A stretch of DNA of 63,103 bases, counting the filler, from Licmophora abbreviata (taxonomy: Eukaryota), in assembly GCA_900291995.1 (NCBI GenBank). It is 5 parts of 5 records of this genome, joined end to end, with 100 filler letters (N's around TTAATTAATTAA, not from the genome) between each part and the next. Parts side by side here need not be neighbours in the genome. Positions count along the whole stretch, not along the records: positions 31,000 to 52,669 come from OLMU01002579.1; 4 more parts are not named here. One strand, 5' to 3'. Below the pieces are notes generated by a model. It saw only the letters and a program-made list of their open reading frames with translations. It did not search any database and was not told the DNA's origin. The translations under genes and the position numbers were made by a program. Of the stretch, positions 37,576 to 49,749 are shown piece after piece (within the stretch, counting starts at the first letter, position 1; each line of letters opens with the position of its first letter).

Positions 37576-38988
37576 CTAGAGTAGTTTTCTTCGTTTGCGA
37601 CTCGGTTCCTGAGTATCGTCCGCAGAGGAAGAGACTTCAGAACTCGTCTCCATGTCGGACGCCCCCGAAGGAGCGCGAGGTCGTCGTCGGTCGTGAGCCC
37701 GTGTTCGCATTTCATCTGTAGGTGGCAAGATCGACGCCAAGGGAGATACTGACGGAACCATTGGTTCCGATATCTGCGAAAGCAACACCTTGAAGGCCGT
37801 CTCAAAGGAGCGCTGCACAATCTGAATGCGATATGACGGTGTCCCAACATCCTTGGTCGGTTCCAAAGGGTTTTCCACGGCCATGGAGAATGGTCGGTTC
37901 GGTATCCAGAAGTGCTCTCTTCTATCTTTTGCTCCTTTCGGAAAGTAGATTCCGTCATGGCGGACGGATATGCCAGTCGTTACAAAGTTGAAGTCCAGTC
38001 CATATAGTTCCAGGAACTCAACGAGGAGACAGCCCAAATTGTGCAGACGGGGTCGCCGAAAGTTGTATCCAACTCGCTCGCGATGCTGGAGGAAGGACAC
38101 AATCATCAACTGAAGCGCAAACGAGCCCACACCCCCAGTGTAGGGTTCGTTGAGCGCGCGTGCTTCCATAAAGTACTTGAGAACGAACGTGAGCGATCGC
38201 AGTGGAGGCATGGCTTCGAGGTAGGTATTCATGAGCGCGGCTGCCTTCGGACCCGTCTCTTGATCAAAGCAGATATCGAAGGACACGCCAGATGGCGCAT
38301 GCGTGAATTTGACGAGAGGCACTCTCGTTTTAGCAATGACCTCCAAATAAGACAGATCATCGCGCCACGCGTCCCGAATAGCACTCGCCAGCTGAAGGAG
38401 AGGAGAGGACGACGATGCTGCATCTCCTGCGTCGTACTCGTCCATTTCCTTTTGCTCCTTTTGTTTCCGTTTTGCTTCGTTGTCTTGTGCCTCGTCGCTA
38501 TCCGTCTTGTGAAACTGAATGACCAGATCAATATCTGACGTCGGAAGAAAGAGTCCCGTAGCCTGCGACCCAAAGACTTGTACTTCGCACTTGTCGGATC
38601 CAAACGTATCGTACGCCACCTTCTTAAACTCGTCGACCAAGATTTCTCGTCCCTTAATTTCGTCCGGTTGCGGTGCAATGAGCGTACAGAAATCAACAAT
38701 TTCATTGTGTAGAGCGACCAAGGGGTTCACACGACGCTGACCATCTGTCTGAGGTGCATGGACCATCCATGGGGGCAGCGGATCTCTGCTGTGCAACGAA
38801 GCAGCGGCGTGCTCATTCTCGGACTGTCGTCGCGCCGCCGCTGCTGCTGCTGTGCGCTTCGTGTCAGTGGATGATGAAGGCTCATCGGAGATGGTGGGGT
38901 CGTCGTCGTCATTCTCGTTGAACGACAGAAAATCTGCAGATTTCCACTTCTCGTCGCTTCCCCGTTCTTCTATTGAAGCTTCGTCCAT
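37576..38988 (-). CDS. Non-canonical poly(A) polymerase (Trf4/PAPD5/TENT4 family)
   Basis: LHNEIVDF, FGSQATGLFLPTSDIDLV, RVPLVKF, LNEPYTGGVGS, NLGCLLVEFLELYG. Confidence 0.93.
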   Translation of the reverse strand: MDEASIEERGSDEKWKSADFLSFNENDDDDPTISDEPSSSTDTKRTAAAAAARRQSENEHAAASLHSRDPLPPWMVHAPQTDGQRRVNPLVALHNEIVDFCTLIAPQPDEIKGREILVDEFKKVAYDTFGSDKCEVQVFGSQATGLFLPTSDIDLVIQFHKTDSDEAQDNEAKRKQKEQKEMDEYDAGDAASSSSPLLQLASAIRDAWRDDLSYLEVIAKTRVPLVKFTHAPSGVSFDICFDQETGPKAAALMNTYLEAMPPLRSLTFVLKYFMEARALNEPYTGGVGSFALQLMIVSFLQHRERVGYNFRRPRLHNLGCLLVEFLELYGLDFNFVTTGISVRHDGIYFPKGAKDRREHFWIPNRPFSMAVENPLEPTKDVGTPSYRIQIVQRSFETAFKVLLSQISEPMVPSVSPLASILPPTDEMRTRAHDRRRPRAPSGASDMETSSEVSSSADDTQEPSRKRRKLL

Positions 38989-39308
38989 ACTGACAGTGTC
39001 GCACTGGAGATTTCAACAAAGAAGAGTCAGGGCGAGAGGCCATTGATGATGATAATGTCGCAACAAACACAACAACATTACATTATAGTCCATCACATTA
39101 TGCGAAATCGCCTCGACGCGCGCATCACGCGTCATGCTGTTTGAAGACTGTCGCTATTTCATGTGTATCATAGTTCACAGATTCACAGATACTTAGTAGT
39201 ACTGCTAATACGACGTTGTGGGCAACAAGAATGTATTGCCAACGCAGAACTTCGAGCCATGAGGCTATTCTGAATTGCCCCTGTCTAAAATAGAGTAGAG
39301 ACGACGAC

Positions 39309-40225
39309 ATGCTGAGTCGCGCCTTTGCTAGAGGACTTGCTGTGCGGGTGCGGGGGCTGACGAAGCGAATGTTTTCCGTGAAGGAGGTCTCATGGTGTTC
39401 CCCAGTCCGTTCGTCTAAGAAGCATGTCGCGACAGCAGAGGCTAACAGAGTAAGTTGAAAGTCTCACTGGTCCCTACTACAAACGACTGTTGAGTCACTT
39501 ATTTCATTGTCGCATTTCGCTTGACATTACTCATATTTTACTACACGCCGTTTGCGTTTCAAAATCATTAGACAGCACAAGAACAACAAGAACAAGAACA
39601 AGAAGAAGCGAGATCAATGGAACCTATCGAGAAGTTTGGAATCTGTGCGGCTTGTGCTAGGGGCAGTCGAATCATGGGTGTCAATGGGCAGCTTCCGTGG
39701 AATCTCCCAGAAGATCGAAAGCACTTCGTGGATCTAACGAGGGGTAAGCTGCTTGTCATGGGAAGAAAAACGTTTCAGGAGAGGCCCAATAAGAGTCACA
39801 TTTCTCATGCGTACGATACCATTGTCGTGTCGACAACTATGGAAACAGAACACGATGACGTAAACGTCGCGAGGTCGCTTCCAGAAGCTCTTCACTTGGC
39901 TAACGAGCTGATCCAGGAGTCAAAGCAGCTCAGAAATATAGGCGGACTCGCATGCTGGGTAGTTGGCGGAGAACGAATCTTTGGCGAAGCGCTCAATCAC
40001 AAATCTGCGGAGGAGGTACACCTGACGCTTGTGGACGCCGACATTGACATTCATGCAATTGCAGCCGGATCAGGTTCAACTCCCGCTGTTGCCTTGTTCC
40101 CAGCCAAGTATCGGTGGGACCGACATTTTATGGAGACGTCAACAATGACAACCGACGCCAAGGACGGAAGTCCGAGTTTCACAACCGTCGTATACAGAAG
40201 AAAGCACTCTCACAGACAAGGATAA
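39309..40225 (+). CDS. Monofunctional dihydrofolate reductase with spliced N-terminal mitochondrial-type presequence
   Basis: Exon 1 39309-39449 (MLSRAFARGLAVRVRGLTKRMFS...), GTAAGT...TAG intron 39450-39571 in frame; GVNGQLPWNLPEDRKHF, VMGRKTF, VVGGERIF. Confidence 0.85.
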
Positions 40226-40248
40226 AATCTACAAATCTAACCAAGTGA

Positions 40249-42136
40249 TTACTCTTCTGCATACGCGCTGTCGTCCTTGAGGTTACCTGCCATGAGGGCC
40301 GACGCTGCTGCTGCAGCAGCTTGCTGATGTGCATCCTGTACACTCGACAACAACCCGTAGTTTGTGACCAGCTCCTTGTGTGGCAGGACGTTGCCAGTCA
40401 GTGGGCTCTTGTCGCTTGTCTTGAGCCACCGCGAAATTGCTTTTCGTTCGTAGGTATGACCATCAGCGGCGACAACAGGGTCCCGCATGGACTCGCCAGT
40501 GATCGGACAACAGGGCATACCTGGTATTTCCTCGCCCTCTTCTTCATCGTCGTCCCACTCAGACTCTGCCGGAATCGTCGATGCGGGTGCCATTAGTGGA
40601 TCACCCACGTCCTCCTCTGCCGACTCGCTAAGAATCAACGGCGGGCCGTCTTGCGACTCATTATTGAAGCGTCCATCCCAGTTTGTAGCAAACACAATGT
40701 CGCCGACTGCCGTATCGACACCACCTTCCAACCATCGACTCAATAGAGACGCACCGCCCTTGACAGCCTCCGCACCGACTGTCAAGAGACCTTCTTCAGG
40801 AAGGCGACGATCGACCGTCTCTGAAACTGTGCTCAACAATGGAGATTTGCCGAGACGCTCTGCGATACTGACCAACTCGTCTTGGCACACTTCCATGGCT
40901 CCATGATGGCGCTCTTCGCAAATGAACATGTATCGATGCGCATGAAAGGAACACAGCCATCCCTCTGGGGTTGTATAAGATATTATTACATTGTCGCCGT
41001 GTACCTCTTGCACTCGATATTCTTGTCCCGGGGGCACGGGAAACAAATCGGCGGGATTGCAAAACTGAGTGAACCGAACCAAGTCGCCTAATGGCGTCCA
41101 GAGGAACATACAAGGAGGCGCTGGTCACATAAGAAACTGCCATGGCGGTCTTTATCATCCGAGGAGCGTACAGTAGCTCACACGAAGACTCGCTCTTGAT
41201 GCACGTACCTTGTCGTAGCGGTGCTTCGCTCGGTTCGTATTCGCAAACGATTCGTGCCGAAGCTCTGGACTTTTCGTTCGACGTTCCCGTCAGCGGCAGC
41301 CACTTATCCAGCGTGACCGTCTTTCCTGTCAGCAGCGGCGTCACATCCATACTGGCCATCCCCAAGAATGGTTCATTCGAGTCTCCCGTCTGATTGCCCG
41401 TTCCTTTCTTTTTGGTCGGATATCGTTCATTATTGTTGTTGTTGCTGCTGAAACCGAGTTTCTCGCCAACGACCGCGTGGAAGAGTGCAACTGTAAGCAT
41501 TGGTTTTGGGAGGGGCGCTCCCGGAACATCAGACAGATCGACGCCGCGGTTGCCGCTGCTGCTGCAGGAGGTACTGGTCTATCTTCGTCGTCGTCATGCT
41601 CATCCATATGCGAAACACGCGTCATCGGCAATGACACGTCCAAAAACATAGTTTCCGTCCGAGGCCAGCTGGGATCCAGAGTATCGAATACCTCCGAGGT
41701 GCGCTGGACTTGCTGCATGAATCGGACGCTGGCATATGGATTGGCCGATCCACTCCGGTCTCGCGAAGACCGAGTCAACAAGTTGCCTAAGCCGCTCTGT
41801 CGTACAGGCTGAGTACGGCGACAGTACGAGAAAGCATGAACTTGAGCAACAAGAAATGAAACTTTTTAGCACAACGAAGAGTGCACATTTAAGAAGACTG
41901 ACCTCCAAGTTTCGTGCGGCCACTACCCGAACTACCAAAGTGCCCAGAATGTACTGCTGCGCCTGAGCGGGCTTCTTGTTCGTCTTCAAGTCCTTCTTGA
42001 GGTCGTCGTCGTCGTCGTCGTTCTCTGATTGAAACGATAAGTCCAAATGATCGTAATCTGGTTCTGGCAGCGGTTCATCGTCGAGCCTGGCCACGCCACT
42101 GGGAATTTTGGAAGATGCCATGGTCGTGTTATCCAT
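40249..42136 (-). CDS. C2-domain + U-box protein (putative membrane-binding E3 ligase), 3 exons
   Basis: GTLVVRVVAARNLE, ANPYASVRF...TLDPSW, FLGMASMDV...WLPL (C2); CPITGESMRDPVVAADGHTYERKAISRWL...SPLTG (U-box). Confidence 0.88.
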
Positions 42137-42518
42137 TCAACGCTACTCGAGTACGAAACAAGGTGGAATGACGACAGCGACGGTGGCTACGATGATGTCG
42201 CCATTTTGTGGGGTTTTCAGTTTTCACGAGACGAAGACGGCGCGAGGCGGAGAGACGGGCAGACTTCCTTCTGTCTGTCTGTCTGTCTGTGGGTACTCAT
42301 TTCAGTAGAATAAGTACCAGAGGCTACGTGAAGCGTATCTTCCTCCAAACCATCTGCGGAAAACGTCCGGAAAGGACGAAGAACTCTCGATTCCCTGTGT
42401 CAAGAAACAGATGCAAAGAAGAGATGTGAGCACAAAGACATCACATGACAGCAGAACACAGATCATCCATTGCAATCCGCAGAACCACGGTCCCTTCTCT
42501 CCATTCACAACAACAACC

Positions 42519-43148
42519 ATGACGTTCCGCTCTTCCGTCTTCTTGTGTGTCTTTGTGGCTGCATCGGAAGCCTTTTCTCCCGTCAGGACACACCATGTCG
42601 CGATGATGTCGAAGACTTGCCCCTTCGAAACTAGCAGCAGCAGCAGCTTGCACTTGGCCTTGTCGCAAGTACACCAGGAACAGGAAGACGAAGCCATGTA
42701 TCTCATGCAGAAAGCTAGAGAATGCGCTTTCGGCGAAACATGCTCTGTGGAAGAGGCTCGTCATTACTTGAATGAAGTCGTTCATGTGCAGAGTGGCTGC
42801 GCTGCTGGGACTTTGGCAGGACATCAGCTCTGCGACGAGCAAGATGCTGTCGCCGACATTGTTGCACACTTGCGAGCGAAAGTCGATCAAGCGCAAGAGG
42901 CTGGAGCACGCGTCTGGCAGATAGACTCCGAAGCGGCCGTCCTCTATCCCGAGGGTGGTGCCGTGCGCTCCGACGACCAAGCACTGGTCATGGCGGGCGC
43001 GCTAATGCTGATTGCCGGACTCTTGTCGTATGCGGGAGCAAGTTCCGACGAACATGTACAGTTCACACTTCAGGAGTGGTGGTGGGCGACCAAGGATGGA
43101 TACCTCAATGTAATGCTTCATCACTACCTGCAGAACGGCGGTCTCTAG
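42519..43148 (+). CDS. Plastid-targeted Cys-containing hypothetical membrane protein
   Basis: MTFRSSVFLCVFVAASEAFSP leader; ARECAF..TCSVEEA...QSGC...LC; one TM; FTLQEWWWATKDGYL tail. Confidence 0.75.
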   Translation: MTFRSSVFLCVFVAASEAFSPVRTHHVAMMSKTCPFETSSSSSLHLALSQVHQEQEDEAMYLMQKARECAFGETCSVEEARHYLNEVVHVQSGCAAGTLAGHQLCDEQDAVADIVAHLRAKVDQAQEAGARVWQIDSEAAVLYPEGGAVRSDDQALVMAGALMLIAGLLSYAGASSDEHVQFTLQEWWWATKDGYLNVMLHHYLQNGGL

Positions 43149-43301
43149 AGCTAGCTTGTCCTAGTTTTTTGCGTTTGACGATCCACGCCTGCACTTGCAG
43201 ATGTCTTGCGGCGCGTCGACGTGATGCAGTAGTTTTACTCTCAGTAGTAGTCGAATGTTGCAAGCAAGTATCTATGTTTGTTCACTACAGTTAATCGTTC
43301 G

Positions 43302-46300
43302 TTAGGCCCCGTCGCGGTCGCCCTCCTCCCAGAATCGCGTCTTGAGGCGGGTCTTCTTCTGCGGCCCGGGCTGCTCTTGTTGGCTCTCAAACATGGGCTG
43401 GTCGTAGATGCGCTCTCCGAACAGTCGTCGGATGTTCATTGCCGTCAGTTCGTCACAATACCGAGCAGTGCTGTCGGCACTCAGTAGCTCATACATGGGG
43501 TAGACTCCAATCATCGAGACACTCTTCATTTCCACGTCGTGGGCTGCCAGCGAAGCTTGCGGGGTCGTATCAAAGACGACGCATTGATCCGGTCGACGCT
43601 CCAATCGCAACGCGGCGCCTAGCAGCTGCTGACTCTCGCGATGGTATCCACACGTACCACCCACCCGCTTGTCGACAGGGAAAAAATTCGACAGTCCCGT
43701 GTAATCCAATAGAACGTCAATCTGTTTCCGGGTCAAATGTGAAACTACTCCGCACTGCATTTCCACATCCATGAGAGAATGCAGCCACTTGGATGTTCCG
43801 GGTAGAATCTTGACTGGCACTGGCGCGTCGTCGATGGGCCCTGTGTTTGCCCGATTCGCTTCCGAGCCAAGTCGATATCCACTCTTCCATGTAGACGTAG
43901 ACCGCTCGACTTCCTTTAGATATTCTTCGATTATCTCCTTTTGCTCAGCAACATCGTTGGTCCAACCGAAGGCTTCGACGGCGTCTTGAGGGCCTACTGC
44001 CATTGAGAACTGGGCATACTCTTCGTTGGGTGTGGTAAAACCCCGCTTCTTCGCAATGCTCTTCCAAGCGTCTAATACTGTTTGAAAGAGCTCCGCCTCG
44101 GAAGGCCCCGTATCTTCTGATTTGACGGTGGCAGCAGGCTTTTCGACAACATCCGTGTCTTCTTCAAGTCCATACTCTTCCATGTACTGCTTGAAGATCT
44201 TCTTGAGCTCCGTCGAAAACGTCGAAGTTACTTGCTTGGCCCGTTCACCACCGCCAAGGTCGGGATACAGCACGGTGACGGCTTCCTGTGGCAGGAGATG
44301 AACCGTAAGGTGTATCTTGTCGAAAGCGACACCTCCAAGGTCATGCTCCTCAGCTGCGACCGCCCAAGCATAGCCATGCATTTCTAGCAGCTCACGCTTG
44401 GTAGGACCTTCCGCCTTTGCCGGCGATTCTGATGGTGTGACTGATGGAGTGTAGGCCTCGGGTACTGGGCGAGGGACCTCCGGGATTTCGCCCAGCTTGT
44501 CACGAACTAACCCTTCCACCAACTTGAGATACTCCTCCGTCAAATCTGAAATAATTTCTTGATCGCTCGTCCAGGCATACCCATCTCTAATGATCAAAGC
44601 CGGATCGTTAATGACCATTGCACCAAGCGCTTCATCCGGTGTCGGGGGGTCGAAATTTCGTTCAGCGGCAAGGGACAACCACGCTTGATATTGGATTTCC
44701 AGCATATCGTTCTCTGTTAATAAAAGTGGAGCCCCTGAAGAAGTCATTGAGCGCGACGACACTTCTGTACGTTCGTCCAACCCAATTCCTCCACCGCGAG
44801 TAGCCGCGCCCATAGATGTCAAAGGTGCGGGCGTTCTTTCGTCGATCTGATCCGAGTCGCGACCATTCGACACTGCATGGAATACACGCACAACTGTAGC
44901 GATCTCGTCTGCATCTGTCGTCCAGCGAAACGCTTGGCTTACAGCATCATCAGGACTTATGACGGTAGCAAACATGATCTGGTCAAGCGTCGGCTCCTTG
45001 AATCCAAAATGTTCCGCGGTCTTAGTCCATACGTCAAGCTGAGCTTCGATGGACGCCTCACTGGCTCCGACAGGTTCGTGAGATGCAGTTATCTCCCGAT
45101 CTGTAGCCGATGGAGTTTCCGGTACGTCATTCGGAATTGCAGGCGCATACGAAAGCTTCATATCGTCCATCCATCCATCAAAGACCCGGGCAAACGCATC
45201 GTTATGCGCTCGTGCCACCTCTCGAGCGAGAACGAAGTCATCGGTCCAGCAAAAGACTCGCCTTACAGCTATCTCAGCTTGTGTCACGGCTGCTCGTCGA
45301 CAATCCTCCAGTGCAGGAGGGCCGAAGCTATACTTTTCAGCGACATCTTTCCATGCTTGGTAGTGCAAGCCCGTTATGTCCAAGAGGACACCTTCAAGTC
45401 GAAATACAGCACCAAACTCCTTGAATGGTTGCTTAATACGGGGCATGTACTGTGATACGCCCGTCGTCTGGACAGAGTCCTTGTGGGCCATAAGCGAGTT
45501 CAGCTCAATAACGTTCAGTTCTTCGTATTCAAGAAGATTCGCCTTTCGAGCCTGGAATGTTGAAACCTCGCGACCTGAAAGGGCCCCTGATCTGTAATCG
45601 TCGTATTTGTAGTCTTGGTAGTCGTCGTAGCCTCTACCAAGCGCGTCGGAGATGTCGATCCCCATCTGCCGTGGTCGCGTGGAGGACTTTCGCCTTTCGT
45701 ACTCATCCAGTTGGCGCATATTCTTTTGATATTCCTCTTCTTCGTCAATCAGGCTCGACAGATCGCTGCCGAGAAAAGCCCGACCAGCGGACGCCCTCGA
45801 CTGTTCGGGTGCTGGTTCTTGCTCCTTACGAAGCCATTCTGGTACTAGATCTGCTTCGGTGTCATCTTCAAGCTCGTCGCCGACGTCCTCGTCCTCATCA
45901 TCCTCCAGAGACATGGATTCGTCGCTCCATGCCGTTCGAAGTCCTCAAGTCGTTTCCGCTTACGGGCGCTTGTTGGTCTCGGCTGCATAGAATTCAATAC
46001 CGAGTCTGCATACTCGACCCCGTCTTCATCCTCATCAGGCTCTACAATTGGCGTGAGAGTGCCGTTCGACATCCCAGTTTCCACTTCATCGAGAATTTCA
46101 CGGACATATTCTTCCTTGCGAACAAAACTTTCAAACGCAGATTTCTGTTGTGCCTTGGCTTCAGGATCGTCTTTTGTTCTCCCGCCGCCTACTGCAGACA
46201 CAGCTCGAAACATGTCGTCTATCACCTCATTGTCATTTGATGGTGACTTGTCTTTACCCCTCTTCGGGCGAGGACCTATCTTTGACAAAACCTTTTCAGC

Positions 46301-48415
46301 ATCAATGTCGCCGTCGCTCGTCATGACTTCTTCGACATCATAGCCGAGCTCAGATTCATCAAGAGACTCTTGATTTTCGTTGTCGCTCAGCCCAGATCTA
46401 TCTCGTCTCTCCTTTTCAATATTCTGGAATGCCTCCCAGTCGCGGCGAATTCTGTCTTGCTCTTCTTCAGTAGTAGCGTTTGCTTTCCGATACATTGTCC
46501 GGAGCTTCTGCTCCTCAATAGTACCGAGCTTCGACGAGTCGAGTTTCTCAGACACGATATTTTCGTCGCCGGAGGTAAAGAACGGGGTGTCAGGTGCTGG
46601 TAAACTTGGTGTAGCAACTTCTTCCATTTCCGAAAAGAATGGAGTACTCGGTGGTAGAGGAGTCTCAGGAGAGCGATCGGTTTCGACACTAGCTATCGAT
46701 CTCGACTCAACACGCCGTACTGAGACGGTGGTACTCGGCTCTTCCGCCGCAACCGATGAGAATACATCGCTTACGTCAACTGGGCCCTCCAAGGATGTTA
46801 TGTCTTCCTGCTCAAGTTCGTCCTCCACAGTATCCGATTCGAGCCCGGATCTCAAAGCTTCGAGGTTCTGTAGTAGTTGATCGCCACGCCGCGTCCCTTG
46901 GGTTTTTACAATCAAGTCTTCCATGGCTTCGAGCGCTTTCTGGTTAACATCTCTTCGAATTTCAGAGCGGCTCCGGTTCTCTCGCATATCGGAAGTTGAC
47001 AGAGCCGCCTCTATTTTGGCGTCTCGATCAACCTCCTGCCACTCGAAAGGTAATCGAGGCCCCCGCGCCAGTCCGGATTGTTTGCGGATCGACTCTTCCT
47101 TCTCCTGGAATCTCTTCCAGGACTGCATCTGAATAGCAATGGCGTCCTCATCTTCAATGATATCAGGTAAACCTTCGACATCCTGATCGGAGTTTTCTAA
47201 CTGGTTTTGTGCAAGTCGAGTCGCAATCGATCTATACATTTGCCATTCTTTGGCAGTCTCGGGTCGTATTCTGCCTTCTCTCCTCTTCTCTTTCTCTATT
47301 CGTCTCTGCAGCTCAATCACATTCTCCTCCAAATTGTCTAGCACTTCGTTCGCCTCTGAGTCTTGCCGTGTAAACAACATCTCCTCTAACCGTTGTAATG
47401 CCCACGTGTCCAGATCGTCATCGCTGCCCGGTCGGTCCACATTCAAGTCCTTGGCTCGACGAAAGGCCTGCTCTTCATAATCAGCATACTTGTCGATCGC
47501 CGCTTGAAAGGCATCCTGTCGCTCTTGCTCCTTCTTCGATTGTTCCATGAGCTTGTCAACCTTTTCGTCTCGTAGTCCGGTGACATCTCGACGGTCAGCG
47601 TAAGTGCGTTCCTCGGCCTCATACTCGGCGATGATGTCCAAGGCAGTTTTTTCTCGTATGGCAGCAATCTCCTCTTCCATCTCTTGCCTCCACACCGACT
47701 CCATGACCTGCTCGGCATTTACTGGGACAGACTGAGGATCATCCCTCTTGAGTTCCTCCAATTGTTGCATTATTTCCCGACGAACCTCTTCGTACTTGGC
47801 TTCGATTTCCTTCGCCATGGGGTCAAACCAAGAGTGGTCCACATTGCGAGTTGAGGACTCTTCACCCTCCTGAGGATTGCTCATCGATAAATCATCGTTC
47901 TCACTTCCCCCAAGTATATCGCTGATTTGAGGCATGTCATCGGATAGATTGCTCATACTAGCCACGACACGATCCGAAGGGCGATCGACGTCGGCAAAGG
48001 TACCATCTTCCATTCGTATTGGGCGCACCATGTTCGTCTCCTTGGCGAGCCAGTCCTTGAGTTTGTCCCGGGTGGTACGACTTGCAGGATACGATGTGGC
48101 GTCGTCTCGTGGGTTTGCTGCTGCGTCTTGGGGACGTCCCTCGGTGTCCTCTTCGTCGTCCTCTTCAGAAGGCGTCGAGGATGCGATATGTCGTAGTATG
48201 ATCGATGGATGAATCTGAGTTGAGTCTGGCACTACAGGCGACACTGGAATCCACCCTGACTTCCTTGGTGCGGCGAAACTCTGACGACGAATAGGATATA
48301 CGGGTGTATTGCTGGTCGTAAATGCTAAGATCCCTGTTGAATGGTGTGAACAGCGTGAGAGAACAACAAGCAAGACAGCTGCCCAGGCGGTATTTTGTGT
48401 AAACAGATGTTTCAT
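43302..48415 (-). CDS. Giant plastid-targeted acidic coiled-coil + HAD-like (CbbY/PyrP2-related) protein; one frameshift near 45930
   Basis: Two long same-strand ORFs (869 and 870 aa) overlap by 70 nt; signal + ILAF leader; FGAVFRLEGVLLD, PGTSKWL, LERRPDQCVVFD, AAHDVEMKSV, YELLSAD. Confidence 0.75.
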
Positions 48416-48882
48416 CGTGGTTCCCTCTGCCTTTGAAGTTGGGTACTGAATCAACTATGTTATAGAGGACGAAACCAGAGAATTTGGAAGCCAACTTCCA
48501 CTCCCTTCTTCGAGACTGACGGTACTCTTGTGGTCAACTCAGATGATCAGCGACGGCTGGGTTCCGAACCGTGCTCGCGTCTGTGATGGCGACGGCATCA
48601 CACGAACATCAACAAAGATCTTTTGCAACCTTGAAAAGTGAAAAGTGGGATTCCCTCTCATACGAGATTTCTCTATTGTGAATGCTGTGGACTATTCGGA
48701 GTTAGGAATGTTGCAAGTGTATGTCTTGTTTTGTGAATCCTTCGACTCAATTCGACTTGATAGCGAAATTCGATTTGATTCATTCCGGCGTCACGCCCGC
48801 AGCCCACAGCAAACATCATCACTCTCGCCATGTTTGGTATCCGTTGAGGCGCCTTTCCCATTGCATTTCTCACGTTTCCGTC

Positions 48883-49503
48883 ATGACACGAGCTTTCACG
48901 CCTCCGGATACGTTATCGAAAGAAGAGATTCGGACAATCGCGGATGTACGACGCGACATTTGGACCAGCGCCTTTACGGGTCTCGCAGTCGGCTCCCTTT
49001 CAGGACTGGTGTTGCATTCGCTCGCCAAGATCAGCTCAAAGCGAGGCATCTTGCCACCGTCTCCCCATCTGAATCGTAACACAGCTCTCTTTGCGTTTTT
49101 GGCCGGCGGTGCCATTGGAAGTTTCCTAAATGCGACCACTACTGGAAAGAACGAAGTCCACCTCTTGCACCCCATCTTCCAGGTGGGAAGTAAGAACCAC
49201 GGAGAGTCTTCTCAGGATGCCGACAAAGCGTACCGCGAGTCGCTCCATCGCGCTCAGGAGAGATCAACTGAGTTACGAGGACTCGAGGAGCGCCATCATC
49301 GTCATAATACGGCCCGTGGCAACGCAACTCCGTCCGGTATCATCACCAATCCGGCTGGATGCGTCGACCAACAGGATGAACGACAGCTGCGTCATCAAAA
49401 CCGAGTGCTAAGGCGCAAGACGCTAAGAGACACATTGGAACATGGCCATGGACTATCAGATTCACATGGGGGACGCTGGGTGCAAGAGAATGGTCGGACT
49501 TGA
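48883..49503 (+). CDS. Hypothetical two-TM protein
   Basis: MTRAFTPP..., two Gly-rich hydrophobic helices, GKNEVHLLHPIF, HGLSDSHGGRW. Confidence 0.7.
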   Translation: MTRAFTPPDTLSKEEIRTIADVRRDIWTSAFTGLAVGSLSGLVLHSLAKISSKRGILPPSPHLNRNTALFAFLAGGAIGSFLNATTTGKNEVHLLHPIFQVGSKNHGESSQDADKAYRESLHRAQERSTELRGLEERHHRHNTARGNATPSGIITNPAGCVDQQDERQLRHQNRVLRRKTLRDTLEHGHGLSDSHGGRWVQENGRT

Positions 49504-49749
49504 CCGAGAAAGAATACAAGATGGGATTCGACGATGTAGTATGTCGTTTATCGCGTCAACCTGTCCTATCCACACGATTGCACCTTAGAACAACAGACTA
49601 CATTCTATAAGCGTATCTGGTGTTGAAATAGACGCACTTTACTGAGTATCAACCTCCGTTCTCGTGTTCACCATGACATGCAACGCTTTGTTTACAATAA
49701 AGGTGTCATTCGTTCCATAGAGAGGATCCATGCAATGAAATGGACACAG

